A stretch of 64,000 bases of DNA, taken from Burkholderiales bacterium (GTDB lineage: Bacteria > Pseudomonadota > Gammaproteobacteria > Burkholderiales > SG8-41). Every line of letters begins with the position of its first letter. The first letter of the stretch is position 1. A model generated the notes under the pieces. It saw only the letters and a list, made by a program, of their open reading frames with translations. It did not search any database and was not told the DNA's origin. Shown here one piece after another: positions 17,087-27,554 of this stretch. The stretch spans positions 9,473 to 73,472 of the forward strand of contig JBOIEQ010000001.1 in NCBI GenBank assembly GCA_050741255.1. The letters are read 5' to 3'. Made by a program: the position numbers and the translations under genes.

Positions 17087-18496
17087 TCAGGTAAGGCCGG
17101 TGTGGCGGGACAGGCGTGCGAGCGTGCGTTCGCGCCCGAGCAATGCGAGTACGGCGGACAAATCAGGGGTCTGCGTGCGGCCGAATACGGCTACCCGCAG
17201 CGGGATCGCCAGCGCCGGCATCTTGATCTTGTGCAGCGCGAGGACTTCCTTGATGGCCGCGCCGAGCGGGGCCGCTGTCCACTCCGGCAGTGCCTCGAAT
17301 TTCGCGCCGAGTTCACGCAACACGGGGCGCGAGGCGTCGGTCACGTGCTCCACCAGCAATTCCGGCGCGGGTTCGGCGTCACCGTAGAACAGCATCGCTT
17401 CCGCCGCGAGCGTCTCCAGCGTGTCGCAGCGGGCTTTGAACAGGCCCACCACGGCCTCCAGCGGCGGACCTTCATCAAGCTTGCCGCCCAGCCGTTCGAG
17501 GCGCGGCAGCACCTCGGCGGCGAGCCGGTCGTCCATTGCGATCTTCATGTACTCCTGATTGAGCCAGGCCAGCTTCTCCGGATCGAAGCGCGCCGCCGCG
17601 TGACTCACGTGTTCGAGATCGAACCAGGACAGGAACTGCTCGCGCGAGAAGATCTCGGCGTCTCCGTGCGACCAGCCGAGCCGCGCGAAGTAGTTCAGCA
17701 CCGCCTCCGGCAGGTAGCCGCGGTCGCGGTATTCCAGCACGCCGACTGCGCCGTGGCGCTTGGACAAACGTTCGCCGTCGGTGCCGAGGATCATCGGCAC
17801 GTGCGCGAACAGGGGCGGCGTGGCGCCCAGCGCATGGTAAATGTTGATCTGGCGCGGCGTATTGTTGACGTGGTCGTCGCCGCGTATGCAGTGCGTGATG
17901 TGCATGTCGATGTCGTCGACCACCACGCCGAAGTTGTAGGTGGGCACCCCGTCACCGCGCAGGATGACCAGGTCGTCGAGTTCCGCGTTCGCGAACTCGA
18001 TCGGCCCTTTCACCAGGTCGCGCCAGGCGACGATGCCCTCGTTCGGGTTCCGGAAGCGCACCACCGGCTGCACGTCCGCGGGCGGTGTCTTGCCACGCGC
18101 GTTTTCGGGACGCCAGCGTCCGTCGTAGCGCGGCTTCTCGCCGCGCGCGCGCTGCTGCTCGCGCAGCGCCTCCAGCTCTTCCTTCGACGCATAGCAGTGG
18201 TAGGCCTTGCCTTCCTTCAGCAGCTGGGCCGCGGCTTCCTGATAGCGCGGCAGGCGCTGCATCTGGCGCGGCGGCGGCACCACGTCCCATTCGAGTTCGA
18301 GCCAGCGCATGCTTTCGTAGATCTTGTCCACCGCGGCCTCGGTCGAGCGCTCGACGTCGGTGTCCTCGATGCGCAGGATGAAGGCGCCGTCGTGCCGGCG
18401 CGCGTAGGCCCAGCAGAACAGCGCCGTGCGCGCGCCGCCGATGTGCAGGTAGCCGGTCGGGCTGGGGGCGAAACGGGTGATGACTTTGGCGGTCAT
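17087..18496 (-). CDS. gltX: glutamate--tRNA ligase
   Basis: [20 protein letters not shown] (HIGH motif) and the KMSKS-equivalent LSKRHG. 469 aa. Confidence 0.95.
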   Translation of the reverse strand: MTAKVITRFAPSPTGYLHIGGARTALFCWAYARRHDGAFILRIEDTDVERSTEAAVDKIYESMRWLELEWDVVPPPRQMQRLPRYQEAAAQLLKEGKAYHCYASKEELEALREQQRARGEKPRYDGRWRPENARGKTPPADVQPVVRFRNPNEGIVAWRDLVKGPIEFANAELDDLVILRGDGVPTYNFGVVVDDIDMHITHCIRGDDHVNNTPRQINIYHALGATPPLFAHVPMILGTDGERLSKRHGAVGVLEYRDRGYLPEAVLNYFARLGWSHGDAEIFSREQFLSWFDLEHVSHAAARFDPEKLAWLNQEYMKIAMDDRLAAEVLPRLERLGGKLDEGPPLEAVVGLFKARCDTLETLAAEAMLFYGDAEPAPELLVEHVTDASRPVLRELGAKFEALPEWTAAPLGAAIKEVLALHKIKMPALAIPLRVAVFGRTQTPDLSAVLALLGRERTLARLSRHTGLT

Positions 18497-18500
18497 GCGC

Positions 18501-19409
18501 TCAGGCCAGGACCGGCTCGCGCCGCCGGAATTCCTCGACCGTCTCGTCCATCCGCTGGAACACGGCGCCGGCAGCCTTGAGCTTGCGGATCAGCTTCTCG
18601 AACATGAGCATGCGGTAGCCGCGGCCGATGATGAAGGGATGGCAGGTATAGGTCACCACGCCCCACTTCACGGTCTTCTTCAGTTGCAGGAATTCCTCGA
18701 CCCAGTTTTCCAGCACGAGGCCCGCGTTCATCAGGCCGGGCCGGATCGCGTTGCCCGAGCGCATGTATTCGAAATGCGGCGCGTCGTCGGTATGCCAGCT
18801 GATCGGCATTTCCACCAGCGACGAGGGCTTGCCGAAGCGCATCGGCTGTTCGAGTTCGACCACGTCGCCCTGCCGGGTGTAATACGGCAGGAAGTCGTGG
18901 CCCATCATGCTGCTGTCGTAGGTGAAACCGTGCTTCAGCATCAGCGCGATCGAATGCGGCGACAGGTCCCACGACGGCGAGCGGTAGCCGCGCGCATACG
19001 ATCCGGCGATGCGTTTGATCGCCTCGTTGCCGCGCACCAGTTCAGTTTCTTCATCGTCCCGTGACAGCGAAGCCGGCGGGATATGCCGCCAGCCGTGATG
19101 CCCGATTTCGTGCCCGGCGTCCGCCACGGCTTTCACGGCGTCTGGAAAGGTCTCGATGGTGTGGCCGGGCACATACCAGGAACTCGCGATCTTTTCCTTC
19201 TTGAGCAGGGCCAGCAGGCGCGGCGCGCCGACGCGCGGGCCGAATTCGCCCCGGGAAATCATCGTCGGCGTGGTCTGGCCGCGCGCGACGAAACCGGAGA
19301 TCGCGTCGAAGTCGAAGGTGAGACAGACGATGTGCTTGGCCACAACAGGAACGGTGCGTGTGTAGGCCGCATATATTAGCCGGTTCGGCGTGCGCGAATT
19401 CGCTATCAT
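18501..19409 (-). CDS. polysaccharide deacetylase family protein (PuuE/allantoinase-like fold)
   Basis: [12 protein letters not shown]...[13 protein letters not shown]...[11 protein letters not shown]. The Arg-rich 5' extension in the track is rejected. Start approximate. Confidence 0.8.
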   Translation of the reverse strand: MIANSRTPNRLIYAAYTRTVPVVAKHIVCLTFDFDAISGFVARGQTTPTMISRGEFGPRVGAPRLLALLKKEKIASSWYVPGHTIETFPDAVKAVADAGHEIGHHGWRHIPPASLSRDDEETELVRGNEAIKRIAGSYARGYRSPSWDLSPHSIALMLKHGFTYDSSMMGHDFLPYYTRQGDVVELEQPMRFGKPSSLVEMPISWHTDDAPHFEYMRSGNAIRPGLMNAGLVLENWVEEFLQLKKTVKWGVVTYTCHPFIIGRGYRMLMFEKLIRKLKAAGAVFQRMDETVEEFRRREPVLA

Positions 19410-19440
19410 CGGCACTTTTCTTGCTTCAGAAGAGGCACCC

Positions 19441-21024
19441 ATGGCCATCCCCTCCGAGCATCTCGTCCAGAACTGGCAGGTCCGCAAACCTCTGGCGCGC
19501 GCGCGCGGCGGCATCGTCGCCACGCAGAACCGCGTCGCCGGGTTTGCGGGCGCGGAAATCCTCGCCGCCGGTGGCAACGCCGTCGATGCGGCGGTTGCGA
19601 CGGGCCTCGCGCTGGCGGCGGTCGAACCGTGGAACAGCGGCATCGGCGGCATCGGCTTCATGCTGGTCTATCTGGCGCGCGAGAAAAAGGTGCATGTGGT
19701 CGACTTCGGCCCGATCTCACCGCACCGCCTGAACCCCGCCGATTACCCGCTGACGGGCGGCACCACCACCGACCTCTTCACGTGGCCCACGGTCAAGGAT
19801 GACCGCAACGTCCACGGTCCGATGTCGATCGCCGTGCCTGGCCACGTGGATGGCCTCGCCACGGCGCTGGCCCGCTTCGGCACCAAGCCCTTCGCGGAAC
19901 TCGCGCAGCCGGCAATCAAGCTCGCCGACCAGGGCATCGCGGTCGACTGGTTCCTGACCCTCAAGGTCGCCACCACCGCGAAAGAACTCAGCCGTTATCC
20001 GAGCACGCGCGCGGTGTGGCTCACCAAAGACGGCCTGCCGCCGGTCACACCCGCCGGCGCCTCGCTGGAACGGCTGAAACTCACCGGCCTTGCCGACACG
20101 CTGCGCACGCTGGCGAAGAACGGCCCGCGGGACTTCTACGAAGGCGAGATCGCGCGCGCACTGGTCAAGGACTTCGCCGCCGGCGGCAGCGTCATCGACG
20201 CGGAAGACCTCAAGAACTACCACGCCCGCGTTGTGGCGCCGCTGGAACTCGATTATCACGGCGTGAAACTCGCGCTGCCCGGCGGCCTGACGGCCGCGCC
20301 GACCTTTGCCAAAGTGCTGGCCGCGCTGAAGGGCAAGCGCTTTGGCCCCGGCGCGCCCGGCGCCGACACCTTCGTCGCCTACGCCCATGCCCTGCGTGAC
20401 GCATACACGGAACGCCTGGCCACGATGGGCGACCAGGAAACGATGCGCGAACCCACGTCCACCACGCACTTCAACGTGGTCGACAGGGAAGGCAACATGG
20501 TCGCGATGACGCAGACGCTGCTGTCGGTCTTCGGCAGCCGTTACGTGCTGCCCTCGACCGGCATCCTGATGAACAACGGCATCAACTGGTTTGATCCGCG
20601 CCCGGAATCGGCCAACTGCCTCGCCCCGTCCAAGCGCCCGCTGACGAACATGTGTCCCATGCTCGCACTCAACAAGGACGGCAAGGCGTGGTTCGCGATC
20701 GGGGCCTCGGGTGGGCGCAAGATCATGCCGGCCGTGTTCCAGCTCGCCTCCTTCATGATCGACCATGGCCTGTCGCTGGAAGACGCCTTCCACCAGCCGC
20801 GCATCGACGCGAGCGGCGGCGATGCCGTCGGCGCCGATCCGCGCCTGCCGGCCAACGTGCTGTCTGCGCTGCGCGCCAAATTCCCCGTCAACCTGACGGA
20901 ACTCGTCGTCTATCCCACCAACTTCGCCTGTCCGAGCTGCGTGATGCGCGACCCGGCCACGGGTGAGAACACCGGCATCACGGACGTCCTGTCGCCGTGG
21001 TCCGGTGCCGTCGCGGAGGTTTAG
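19441..21024 (+). CDS. gamma-glutamyltransferase family protein
   Basis: GGIVATQN...GGNAVDAAVATGLALAAVEPWNSGIGGIGFM and the autoprocessing-site region PTSTTHFNVVDREGNMV. Confidence 0.9.
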   Translation: MAIPSEHLVQNWQVRKPLARARGGIVATQNRVAGFAGAEILAAGGNAVDAAVATGLALAAVEPWNSGIGGIGFMLVYLAREKKVHVVDFGPISPHRLNPADYPLTGGTTTDLFTWPTVKDDRNVHGPMSIAVPGHVDGLATALARFGTKPFAELAQPAIKLADQGIAVDWFLTLKVATTAKELSRYPSTRAVWLTKDGLPPVTPAGASLERLKLTGLADTLRTLAKNGPRDFYEGEIARALVKDFAAGGSVIDAEDLKNYHARVVAPLELDYHGVKLALPGGLTAAPTFAKVLAALKGKRFGPGAPGADTFVAYAHALRDAYTERLATMGDQETMREPTSTTHFNVVDREGNMVAMTQTLLSVFGSRYVLPSTGILMNNGINWFDPRPESANCLAPSKRPLTNMCPMLALNKDGKAWFAIGASGGRKIMPAVFQLASFMIDHGLSLEDAFHQPRIDASGGDAVGADPRLPANVLSALRAKFPVNLTELVVYPTNFACPSCVMRDPATGENTGITDVLSPWSGAVAEV

Positions 21025-21028
21025 TTTT

Positions 21029-21985
21029 ATGCGAGTTGCCGTTCTCCTGGGTGCTGCCCTGCTCTCCACGTCCGTGTCCGCGCAGGACTACCCCAACCGC
21101 CCCATCCGCTACATCGTGCCGTTCGCTCCCGGCGGTCCGACCGACATCATGTCGCGCGCCTTCGCCGAAAAGATCGGCGCCGCGTGGGGACAGCAGGTCG
21201 TCGTCGACAACCGCGGCGGCGCGGGCGGCACCATCGGCGCGGAAGTGGTGGCCCGTTCGGCGCCGGACGGCTACACGGTCATGATCGGCCACGTCGGCAC
21301 GCATGCGATCAACGTCAGCCTCTACCAGAAGGTCGGCTACGACCCGGTGAAGGACTTCCAGCCGATCTCGCTGCTGGCCACGTTGCCGTTCGTGCTCGTC
21401 GTCAACGCCGGCTTCGCGCCGCGCTCGGTGAAGGAACTCCTCGCGCTGGCGAAGGCCAAGCCAGGCTCGATCAACTTTGCGTCTGCCGGCAGCGGCGGGC
21501 CCACCCACCTCGCCGGCGCCATGTTCAAGAGCGCCGCCGCCATCGACATCGTGCACGTGCCCTACAAGGGCAACGCCGCGGCGCTGACGGAACTGGCCGG
21601 CGGCCAGGTGCAGATGATGTTCAGCAACATGCTGACCGCGATGCCGCACGTGCGCACCGGCCGGCTGCGCGCGCTGGCGGTCTCGACGGCGAAACGGTCG
21701 CCGCAGGCGCCGGAACTACCGACCGTCGCGGAGTCGGGCGTGCCGGGATTCGACGTCACGCCTTGGTACGGCGTACTGGCCCCCGCGGGTCTGCCGGCGC
21801 CGCTGGTCGCGAAGTGGAACCGCGAGATCGTCCGCATCGTTCCCCTGCCGGACATGAAGGAGCGCTTCGTCTCGCAGGGCATCGATCTCGCATCGAGCAC
21901 ACCGGCCGAATTCGGTTCACTCATCAAGAGCGAGATCCCGAAGTGGCGCAAGGTCGTGAAGGACACCGGCGCGAAAGCGGACTAA
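21029..21985 (+). CDS. Bug-family substrate-binding protein
   Basis: MRVAVLLGAALLSTSVSAQDYPNRPIRYIVPFAPGGPTD. GGAGG SD upstream. Confidence 0.9.
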   Translation: MRVAVLLGAALLSTSVSAQDYPNRPIRYIVPFAPGGPTDIMSRAFAEKIGAAWGQQVVVDNRGGAGGTIGAEVVARSAPDGYTVMIGHVGTHAINVSLYQKVGYDPVKDFQPISLLATLPFVLVVNAGFAPRSVKELLALAKAKPGSINFASAGSGGPTHLAGAMFKSAAAIDIVHVPYKGNAAALTELAGGQVQMMFSNMLTAMPHVRTGRLRALAVSTAKRSPQAPELPTVAESGVPGFDVTPWYGVLAPAGLPAPLVAKWNREIVRIVPLPDMKERFVSQGIDLASSTPAEFGSLIKSEIPKWRKVVKDTGAKAD

Positions 21986-21999
21986 CGCGCGATCGCGCC

Positions 22000-22950
22000 T
22001 TACTGCGGCCGCAACCCCAGCCGCTCCACCGCCCGTCCTTCTTCTTCATACATGCGTCGCGCCCACTGCGCGAAGTCGTCGCTCGACTGGTAGTAGGCTT
22101 CCATGCCGGCCTGTTCCATCACCTTGCGAAACGCCGGATCGTCCAGCGCGCGCCGGAAGGCATCGTGCAGCGTGCGCACGATGCGCGGGTCCATGCCCTT
22201 CGGACCGACGACGCCCCACGGCGAGTTGGCGACGATGCCGTAGAGCTCCTTCAGCGTCGGCACGGCGGGCGCGCGCGGCGAGCGGTTCTCCGTCCACATC
22301 ACCAGCGTGCGCACCTGTCCGGCGTCCACCAGTTCCCACGGCGGCGAACCCGCCTGCGAGTTGGCCTCGCCGCTGCGAATGGCCGTGACGGCATCCGCGC
22401 TGCCCTTGTACGGGATGTGCAGCCACTGGATGCCCAGCCGCTGGCCGAGGTCCTCCATCGTGAGGTGCAGGCTGGTGCCGACGCCGGGACTCGCATAACT
22501 CACCTTGCCCGGATTCGCCTTCGAGTAGCGGAGGAACTCGTCCCAGGTCTTGTACGGCGCATCCGCGCGCACCGACACGCCGAACTGGTAGCCCGCGGCG
22601 CCGATGATCCAGGTCAGGTCCCGCACCGGGTCGAAACTCGTCTTCACCATGTGCGGCAGGCGGAACACGCCGAGCGGGGCCTGCGCCAGCGTGTAGCCGT
22701 CCGGTTTGGCGGCGGCCACCTGCTGCGCGCCGAGCGCGCCGCCCGCGCCCGGCTTGTTCTCGATGATGATGCGCTGGCCGAGTTGCCGCGCTGCCGCGTC
22801 GGCGAGGCCCCGCATCGCGATGTCCGTGGGCCCGCCGGGTGTCCACGGGCAGTAGAGGGTGATGGGCCGCTCGGGATAGGTCTGCGCGAGCGCCGGCAGC
22901 GCAAGCACGCATCCGGCGAGGGCGAGGCACAACCGTGCGAGTGTCTTCAT
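22000..22950 (-). CDS. Bug-family substrate-binding protein
   Basis: MKTLARLCLALAGCVLALPALAQTYPERPITLYCPWTPGGPTD. ATGA overlap with the upstream gene. Confidence 0.9.
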   Translation of the reverse strand: MKTLARLCLALAGCVLALPALAQTYPERPITLYCPWTPGGPTDIAMRGLADAAARQLGQRIIIENKPGAGGALGAQQVAAAKPDGYTLAQAPLGVFRLPHMVKTSFDPVRDLTWIIGAAGYQFGVSVRADAPYKTWDEFLRYSKANPGKVSYASPGVGTSLHLTMEDLGQRLGIQWLHIPYKGSADAVTAIRSGEANSQAGSPPWELVDAGQVRTLVMWTENRSPRAPAVPTLKELYGIVANSPWGVVGPKGMDPRIVRTLHDAFRRALDDPAFRKVMEQAGMEAYYQSSDDFAQWARRMYEEEGRAVERLGLRPQ

Positions 22951-23909
22951 TGTTTCAGCCCCAGCCGGTTGACGATCACCCGCTGCTCCTCGAAGGTGCG
23001 TTTCGCGTAGGCCGCGTAGTCCTCCGTCGACAGGTAGGCATCCTCCTGGTCGAGCCGCGCGATGGTCTTCTGGTAGGCCGGGTCTTCCATGCCTTTTTTG
23101 AACGCGTCGTGCAGGATCTTCACCACTTTCGGGTCCATGCCTTTCGGACCCGCGATGCCGTACGGCGAGTTGGAGACGATGCCGTAGCCCAGCTCTTTCA
23201 GCGTCGGCACCGTCGGCCAGCGCTTCGAACGCTCGGCGCTCCAGATCGTCAGCATGCGCAGCTTGCCGGCGTCGATCAGTTCGCCCCAGCCCGTGGAATC
23301 GGCGGACGCGCTCACGTGTCCGCCCAGCAGCGCAGCGGTGGCGTCCGCGTTGCCCTTGAACGGCACCTGCAGCCACTGCACGCCGTCCTTCGCGGCCAGT
23401 TCCTCCATGGTGATGTGCAGGCTGGTGCCATGGCCGGGCGTGGCGTAGGTGAACTTGCCGGGATTGGCCTTCGACCAGGCGATCAGTTCCTGCCACGTCT
23501 TCCACTGGCTGTCCGCCCGCACCACCACGCCGAAGGTGTAGCCGGTGACGCCGACGATCCAGGTGAAGTCGTTCAGCGCGTCGAACTCGACTTTCGTCAT
23601 GTGCGGCAGGCGGAACACGGTGATCGGAATCTGCGTCACGGTGTAGCCGTCGGGCCGGCTGTTCCTCGCCACGGAGGTCGGGCCGATGGTGCCGCTGGCG
23701 CCCGCCCGGTTCTCGATAATGATGCGCTGGCCCAGGTGCCTGCTGGCGGCGTCCGCCAGCGACCGCATCGCGACGTCGGTGCCGCCGCCGGCGGACCACG
23801 GCACGACCAGCGTGACCGGGCGATCGGGAAACGTCTGCGCCGCCGCCGTCAACGGCAGGCACACGCACAAGGCCGCCAGAACGGCGGATCTCCACCGGTG
23901 CAGATGCAT
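22947..23909 (-). CDS. Bug-family substrate-binding protein
   Basis: MHLHRWRSAVLAALCVCLPLTAAAQTFPDRPVTLVVPWSAGGGTD. Confidence 0.9.
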   Translation of the reverse strand: MHLHRWRSAVLAALCVCLPLTAAAQTFPDRPVTLVVPWSAGGGTDVAMRSLADAASRHLGQRIIIENRAGASGTIGPTSVARNSRPDGYTVTQIPITVFRLPHMTKVEFDALNDFTWIVGVTGYTFGVVVRADSQWKTWQELIAWSKANPGKFTYATPGHGTSLHITMEELAAKDGVQWLQVPFKGNADATAALLGGHVSASADSTGWGELIDAGKLRMLTIWSAERSKRWPTVPTLKELGYGIVSNSPYGIAGPKGMDPKVVKILHDAFKKGMEDPAYQKTIARLDQEDAYLSTEDYAAYAKRTFEEQRVIVNRLGLKQ

Positions 23910-24094
23910 GATGCCCCCTCCCTGGTGTCGGCCGATGGCGCCCTTGGCGGGCGGTTTCTTGGCTCATCGCGACGGCGGCTAGAATACACGCATCGGCAGT
24001 CCCGGATGGAGCGGCCCCGCGCCCGGACGGGTTGCGGGAACGATTATTGCTCACACTCGGAACTTTCGACCATCACACCAAGGAGATAACAACG

Positions 24095-25069
24095 ATGGCC
24101 CTGACTCGGCACCTACTCAGCCTTCTGCTGGTGCAGCTTCCGTTCGCCGCCGCCCACGCGCAGGACGTGAAGAACTTTCCGGACCGCCCGATGCGCATCA
24201 TCACCGGCTACCTGCCGGGCGGTGTCAGCGACACCATCGCGCGCACCATGGCGGAAAAGCTCGGCGAGCGCCTCGGCCAGCGCATCATCATCGACGGCCG
24301 GCCGGGCGCCGGCGGCACCCTCAGCATGGACATCTCCGCCAACGCCACGCCCGACGGCTACACCATCTTCATGGGCCAGCCCGTCATCACCATCAGCCCC
24401 ACGTTCAAGCGCAAGTTCGCGTACGACCCGCTGAAAGCCTTCGCGCCGATCTCGCTCGTCGGCCAGGGCGCGACCGTGCTGGTGGTGAATCCCGCGACGC
24501 CGGCGAACTCGGTGAAGGAACTGATCGCCTACGGCAAGTCCAAGCCGCCCGGTGAACTGCGCTACGGACATTCCGGACAGGGTTCGACCAATCACCTCGC
24601 CGGCGAGTTGTTCACCGTGATGAGCGGCGTGAAGCTCACCGAGATTCCCTACAAGGGCGCAGCGGCGAACATCCTGGCGGTGCTGCAGGGCGAGGTGCAG
24701 ATGGCCTTCCTGCCGGTGCTCGCAGCGGTGCCGCACATGAAGAGCGGCCGGCTCAAGGCCCTGGGCGTGACCAGCGCGAAACGTTCGCAAGGCGCGCCCG
24801 ACGTACCTCCCATCGGCGACACGCTCCCCGGCTACGAAGTGCCGGTGTGGTACGGCCTGGTGGTGCCGGCGAAAACGCCCACCGCCATCGTGCAGAAGCT
24901 CAACCAGGAAATGAAGGCCGTTCTGGCGCAGCCCGACGTGATCAAGCGCATGGCCGAACAGGGCATCGACGTGCAGTACACGACCACCGCCGAGTTCTCC
25001 AAGCTGATCGCCGAGGACGCCGTGCGCTGGGCCAAGCTCGTCAAGGAAGCGAACCTGGTGCTGGAATGA
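24095..25069 (+). CDS. Bug-family substrate-binding protein
   Basis: MALTRHLLSLLLVQLPFAAAHAQDVKNFPDRPMRIITGYLPGGVSD. AAGGAG SD upstream. Confidence 0.9.
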   Translation: MALTRHLLSLLLVQLPFAAAHAQDVKNFPDRPMRIITGYLPGGVSDTIARTMAEKLGERLGQRIIIDGRPGAGGTLSMDISANATPDGYTIFMGQPVITISPTFKRKFAYDPLKAFAPISLVGQGATVLVVNPATPANSVKELIAYGKSKPPGELRYGHSGQGSTNHLAGELFTVMSGVKLTEIPYKGAAANILAVLQGEVQMAFLPVLAAVPHMKSGRLKALGVTSAKRSQGAPDVPPIGDTLPGYEVPVWYGLVVPAKTPTAIVQKLNQEMKAVLAQPDVIKRMAEQGIDVQYTTTAEFSKLIAEDAVRWAKLVKEANLVLE

Positions 25070-26043
25070 CCGTCGCCCCTCTCGCTCTGGCCTTCGTCGC
25101 GGGCCTCGGCCTGACGTTGTCGACCATCGCCGCGTCCGCCGACACGCCCTACCCGACCCGGCCGATCCGCTTCGTCGTCGGCTTCCTGCCGGGCGGCCCC
25201 AGCGACACCATCGCCCGCGTCGTCGGCATCAAGCTCGGGGAGACGCTGGGCCAGCCGGTCATCATCGACAACCGCGCGGGTGCCGGCGGCAACATCAGCG
25301 CGGAAATCGTCGCGGACGCCCTGCCCGACGGCCACACACTGTTGCTCGGCACCGGCGCGCCGCTGGTCATGGCGCCCATCCTCGGCACCAAGGTCGGTTT
25401 CGTTCCCGAACGCGACTTCGCGGCGGTGAGCAACCTTGGCGGCTCGATGAGCATCCTCGCCGCCCATCCCTCGCTGCCGGCGAGCAATGTGAAGGAACTC
25501 ATCGCCTACGCCAAAACACGGCCCGGCGAGGTGAACTACGCATCGTCCGGCGTGGCGACGGCCAACCACCTCGCCGCGGAACTGCTGTGCTCGATGGCGG
25601 GCATCCAGATGACGCATGTGCCCTACAAAGGCAGCGGGGCCGCCCTGCCCGCCCTGATCGGCGGCCAGGTGAAGCTTGGCTTCGGGCCGCTTCTGCCCGC
25701 GATCCCGCACGTGAAGGCGGGTCGTCTCAAGGCAATCGGCGTCTCCGGGCTCAAGCGCTCGTCCGCCGTGCCCGATGTCCCCGCCATCGCGGAGACCCTG
25801 CCGGGATATCAGGTCGATTCCTGGTACGGCGTGTTCGTGCCCGCGAAAACGCCCAAGCCGGTGGTTGCGCGGCTCAATCAGACCCTGATCGCCATCCTCG
25901 CCCAGCCCGACGTCAGGGAACGTCTCGGCCGCGACGGCGTCGATGCCGCCGGCAGCACGCCGGAGGCGCTTAACGCCATCGTTCAGTCGGAAAAGAAGCT
26001 GTGGACCAGGGTCGTGCGCGACGCCAACATCAAGGTCGAATGA
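25066..26043 (+). CDS. Bug-family substrate-binding protein
   Basis: MTVAPLALAFVAGLGLTLSTIAASADTPYPTRPIRFVVGFLPGGPSD. ATGA overlap with the preceding gene. Confidence 0.9.
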   Translation: MTVAPLALAFVAGLGLTLSTIAASADTPYPTRPIRFVVGFLPGGPSDTIARVVGIKLGETLGQPVIIDNRAGAGGNISAEIVADALPDGHTLLLGTGAPLVMAPILGTKVGFVPERDFAAVSNLGGSMSILAAHPSLPASNVKELIAYAKTRPGEVNYASSGVATANHLAAELLCSMAGIQMTHVPYKGSGAALPALIGGQVKLGFGPLLPAIPHVKAGRLKAIGVSGLKRSSAVPDVPAIAETLPGYQVDSWYGVFVPAKTPKPVVARLNQTLIAILAQPDVRERLGRDGVDAAGSTPEALNAIVQSEKKLWTRVVRDANIKVE

Positions 26044-26075
26044 CTTTTGGCAGTTTGCTGAAAAATGCCTGAAAG

Positions 26076-26185
26076 TCCGTTCGTATTGAGCGCAGCGAAG
26101 CGAAGTCGAAATACAAGTGCTTTGCGATCAATGATTTGCTGTGCTTCGACTTCGCGCCTACGGCGCTGCGCTCAGCACGAACGGA
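26076..26185. repeat. long imperfect palindrome (about 110 nt) filling a convergent intergenic gap
   Basis: TCCGTTCGTATTGAGCGCAGCG / CGCTGCGCTCAGCACGAACGGA (22 bp, 1 mismatch plus 1 G-U) and GCGAAGTCGAA / TTCGACTTCGC (11 bp), separated by an internal loop. Apical loop 26111..26144. The region is AT-richer than its surroundings. Confidence 0.6.
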
Positions 26186-26201
26186 TAAATTCAACGCACA
26201 T

Positions 26202-27554
26202 TTAGACCTTGAGGGCATCAAGCACGCGGTAGTACCCGGCCACCGTTTTCATCGCCGGCACGCGCAGGGTGTGAAAGGGGATCGGTCCGAACGGGTTGGC
26301 GTTCATCGGCCCCGCGTCGACCACCTCCCCCCTGGCCAGCTTCGCCAGCAACTTGCCCAGCAGGTTGGTCAGCGCCACGCCGCGCCCGCCGTAGCCCATG
26401 GCGTAGGCGACGCGCGGGCTCACGCGGCCCAGGTGCGGGAAATCATCGAGCGTCACCGCCACCTTGCCGGACCAGCGGTGATCGATGGGCGTGCCGGCCA
26501 GCGCCGGAAAAGTCTCGCGCATTTTCTGCTCGAGACCCGCATACACCTCCGGCGATTCGCGCCCGGTCAGCGACCCGCGGCCGCCGTAGAGCAGCCGTCC
26601 GCCCGGCACGCGGCGGAAATAGTTGAGCAGGTGGCGCGTGTCGGACACCAGATGGCCCTGCGGCAGCAATGTGCGCCACGCTGACTCGGGCAGCGGCGCC
26701 GTTGTGACCACGGAAGTCGAGACCGGCACCACGCGCCGCCCGAGATCGGTGCCGAAGCCGTGCAGCGCGGTGTAGGCGTTGGTTCCGATCAATACCTGCT
26801 TCGCGCGGACGTTGCCGCCCGCCGTGTCCAGCGTCACGCTGCTGCTGTCTTCGGTCAGCGCCCGCACCGGCGTCGCGGCATACAGCGGCACGCCCTTGCG
26901 CCGCAGGCCAACGGCCAGGCCGCGCGCGTAATCGAGTGGATGGATGCCGGCGGCGCGCGGATCGAGGTAACCGCCGAGGTAATCCGCGGTGCCGCACAAG
27001 GCGGCCGTGTCCGCGGCGTCGAGCAGGCGCGGCGTGCGATCGCCTGCGACAGCGGCCAGCCACTGCGCATCGGCTGCCAGCATGTTCAGTGCCTTCCGGC
27101 CGTTGGCAGCCGTCAGGTGGCCGTAGCGCTTGAAGCCGCAGGCAATGCCGAGTTCGGCGACCGTCGCCTCCAGCGTGTCCACGGCTTCCAGCAACAACCC
27201 GTGCAGACGCAAGGCGGTGTCCTGGCCGTAGCGCGTACCCAGCGCAGCCCAGGGCTTCTTGTAGCGCAGCACCGCCATGCCGCCGTTGCGCCCGCTCGCG
27301 CCCCAGCCAATGTCGTTCGCTTCCAGCACGACGCAGGCCACGCCCGCGAGGGACAGGTGGTGGGCGGCGGCAAGTCCGGTGAAACCGCCGCCGATGATCG
27401 CAACCTCGGTCTGTACGTCGCTGGCGAGGCGGGGCAGTTCCAGCGGTGGTTGTTCCGCCGTGGTCAGCCAGACCGAATGCGGATGGGCTTGAGGGGCGTA
27501 AGTGTTCGCAGCGTTCGCGGAACCGGCCGCGCCTGCGACGGGCTCACGCCACAT
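26202..27554 (-). CDS. FAD-dependent oxidoreductase (DAO family), paralogue of 7166..8470
   Basis: EVAIIGGGFTGLAAAHHL...DIGWGASGRNGGMAVLRYK. Start chosen at MWREP (11-nt overlap with the hyuB stop); alternative starts exist upstream. Confidence 0.85.
   Translation of the reverse strand: MWREPVAGAAGSANAANTYAPQAHPHSVWLTTAEQPPLELPRLASDVQTEVAIIGGGFTGLAAAHHLSLAGVACVVLEANDIGWGASGRNGGMAVLRYKKPWAALGTRYGQDTALRLHGLLLEAVDTLEATVAELGIACGFKRYGHLTAANGRKALNMLAADAQWLAAVAGDRTPRLLDAADTAALCGTADYLGGYLDPRAAGIHPLDYARGLAVGLRRKGVPLYAATPVRALTEDSSSVTLDTAGGNVRAKQVLIGTNAYTALHGFGTDLGRRVVPVSTSVVTTAPLPESAWRTLLPQGHLVSDTRHLLNYFRRVPGGRLLYGGRGSLTGRESPEVYAGLEQKMRETFPALAGTPIDHRWSGKVAVTLDDFPHLGRVSPRVAYAMGYGGRGVALTNLLGKLLAKLARGEVVDAGPMNANPFGPIPFHTLRVPAMKTVAGYYRVLDALKV

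Noticed and set aside
19410-19440. A 31-bp gap between the divergent deacetylase and GGT genes, considered as an unusual shared promoter.
   Set aside because: This is most likely an artefact of uncertain start-codon choice for the deacetylase; later in-frame starts exist. It is not independent evidence of anything unusual.
22000-24054. A single 684-aa ORF spanning two Bug genes.
   Set aside because: Only the C-terminal 316 aa (22000..22950) is a genuine Bug protein with its own signal peptide. The N-terminal part is an out-of-frame read-through across the neighbouring Bug gene (22947..23909). Other N-terminal over-extensions were trimmed in the same way: 9314, 20963, 24032, 24847, 43752..46292, 47297..48544, 18501..19661 and 38370.
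26030-26221. 63-aa ORF on the minus strand in the Bug / FAD-oxidase gap.
   Set aside because: It lies entirely within the long palindromic repeat, has no SD, and its low-complexity translation is typical of REP read-through.
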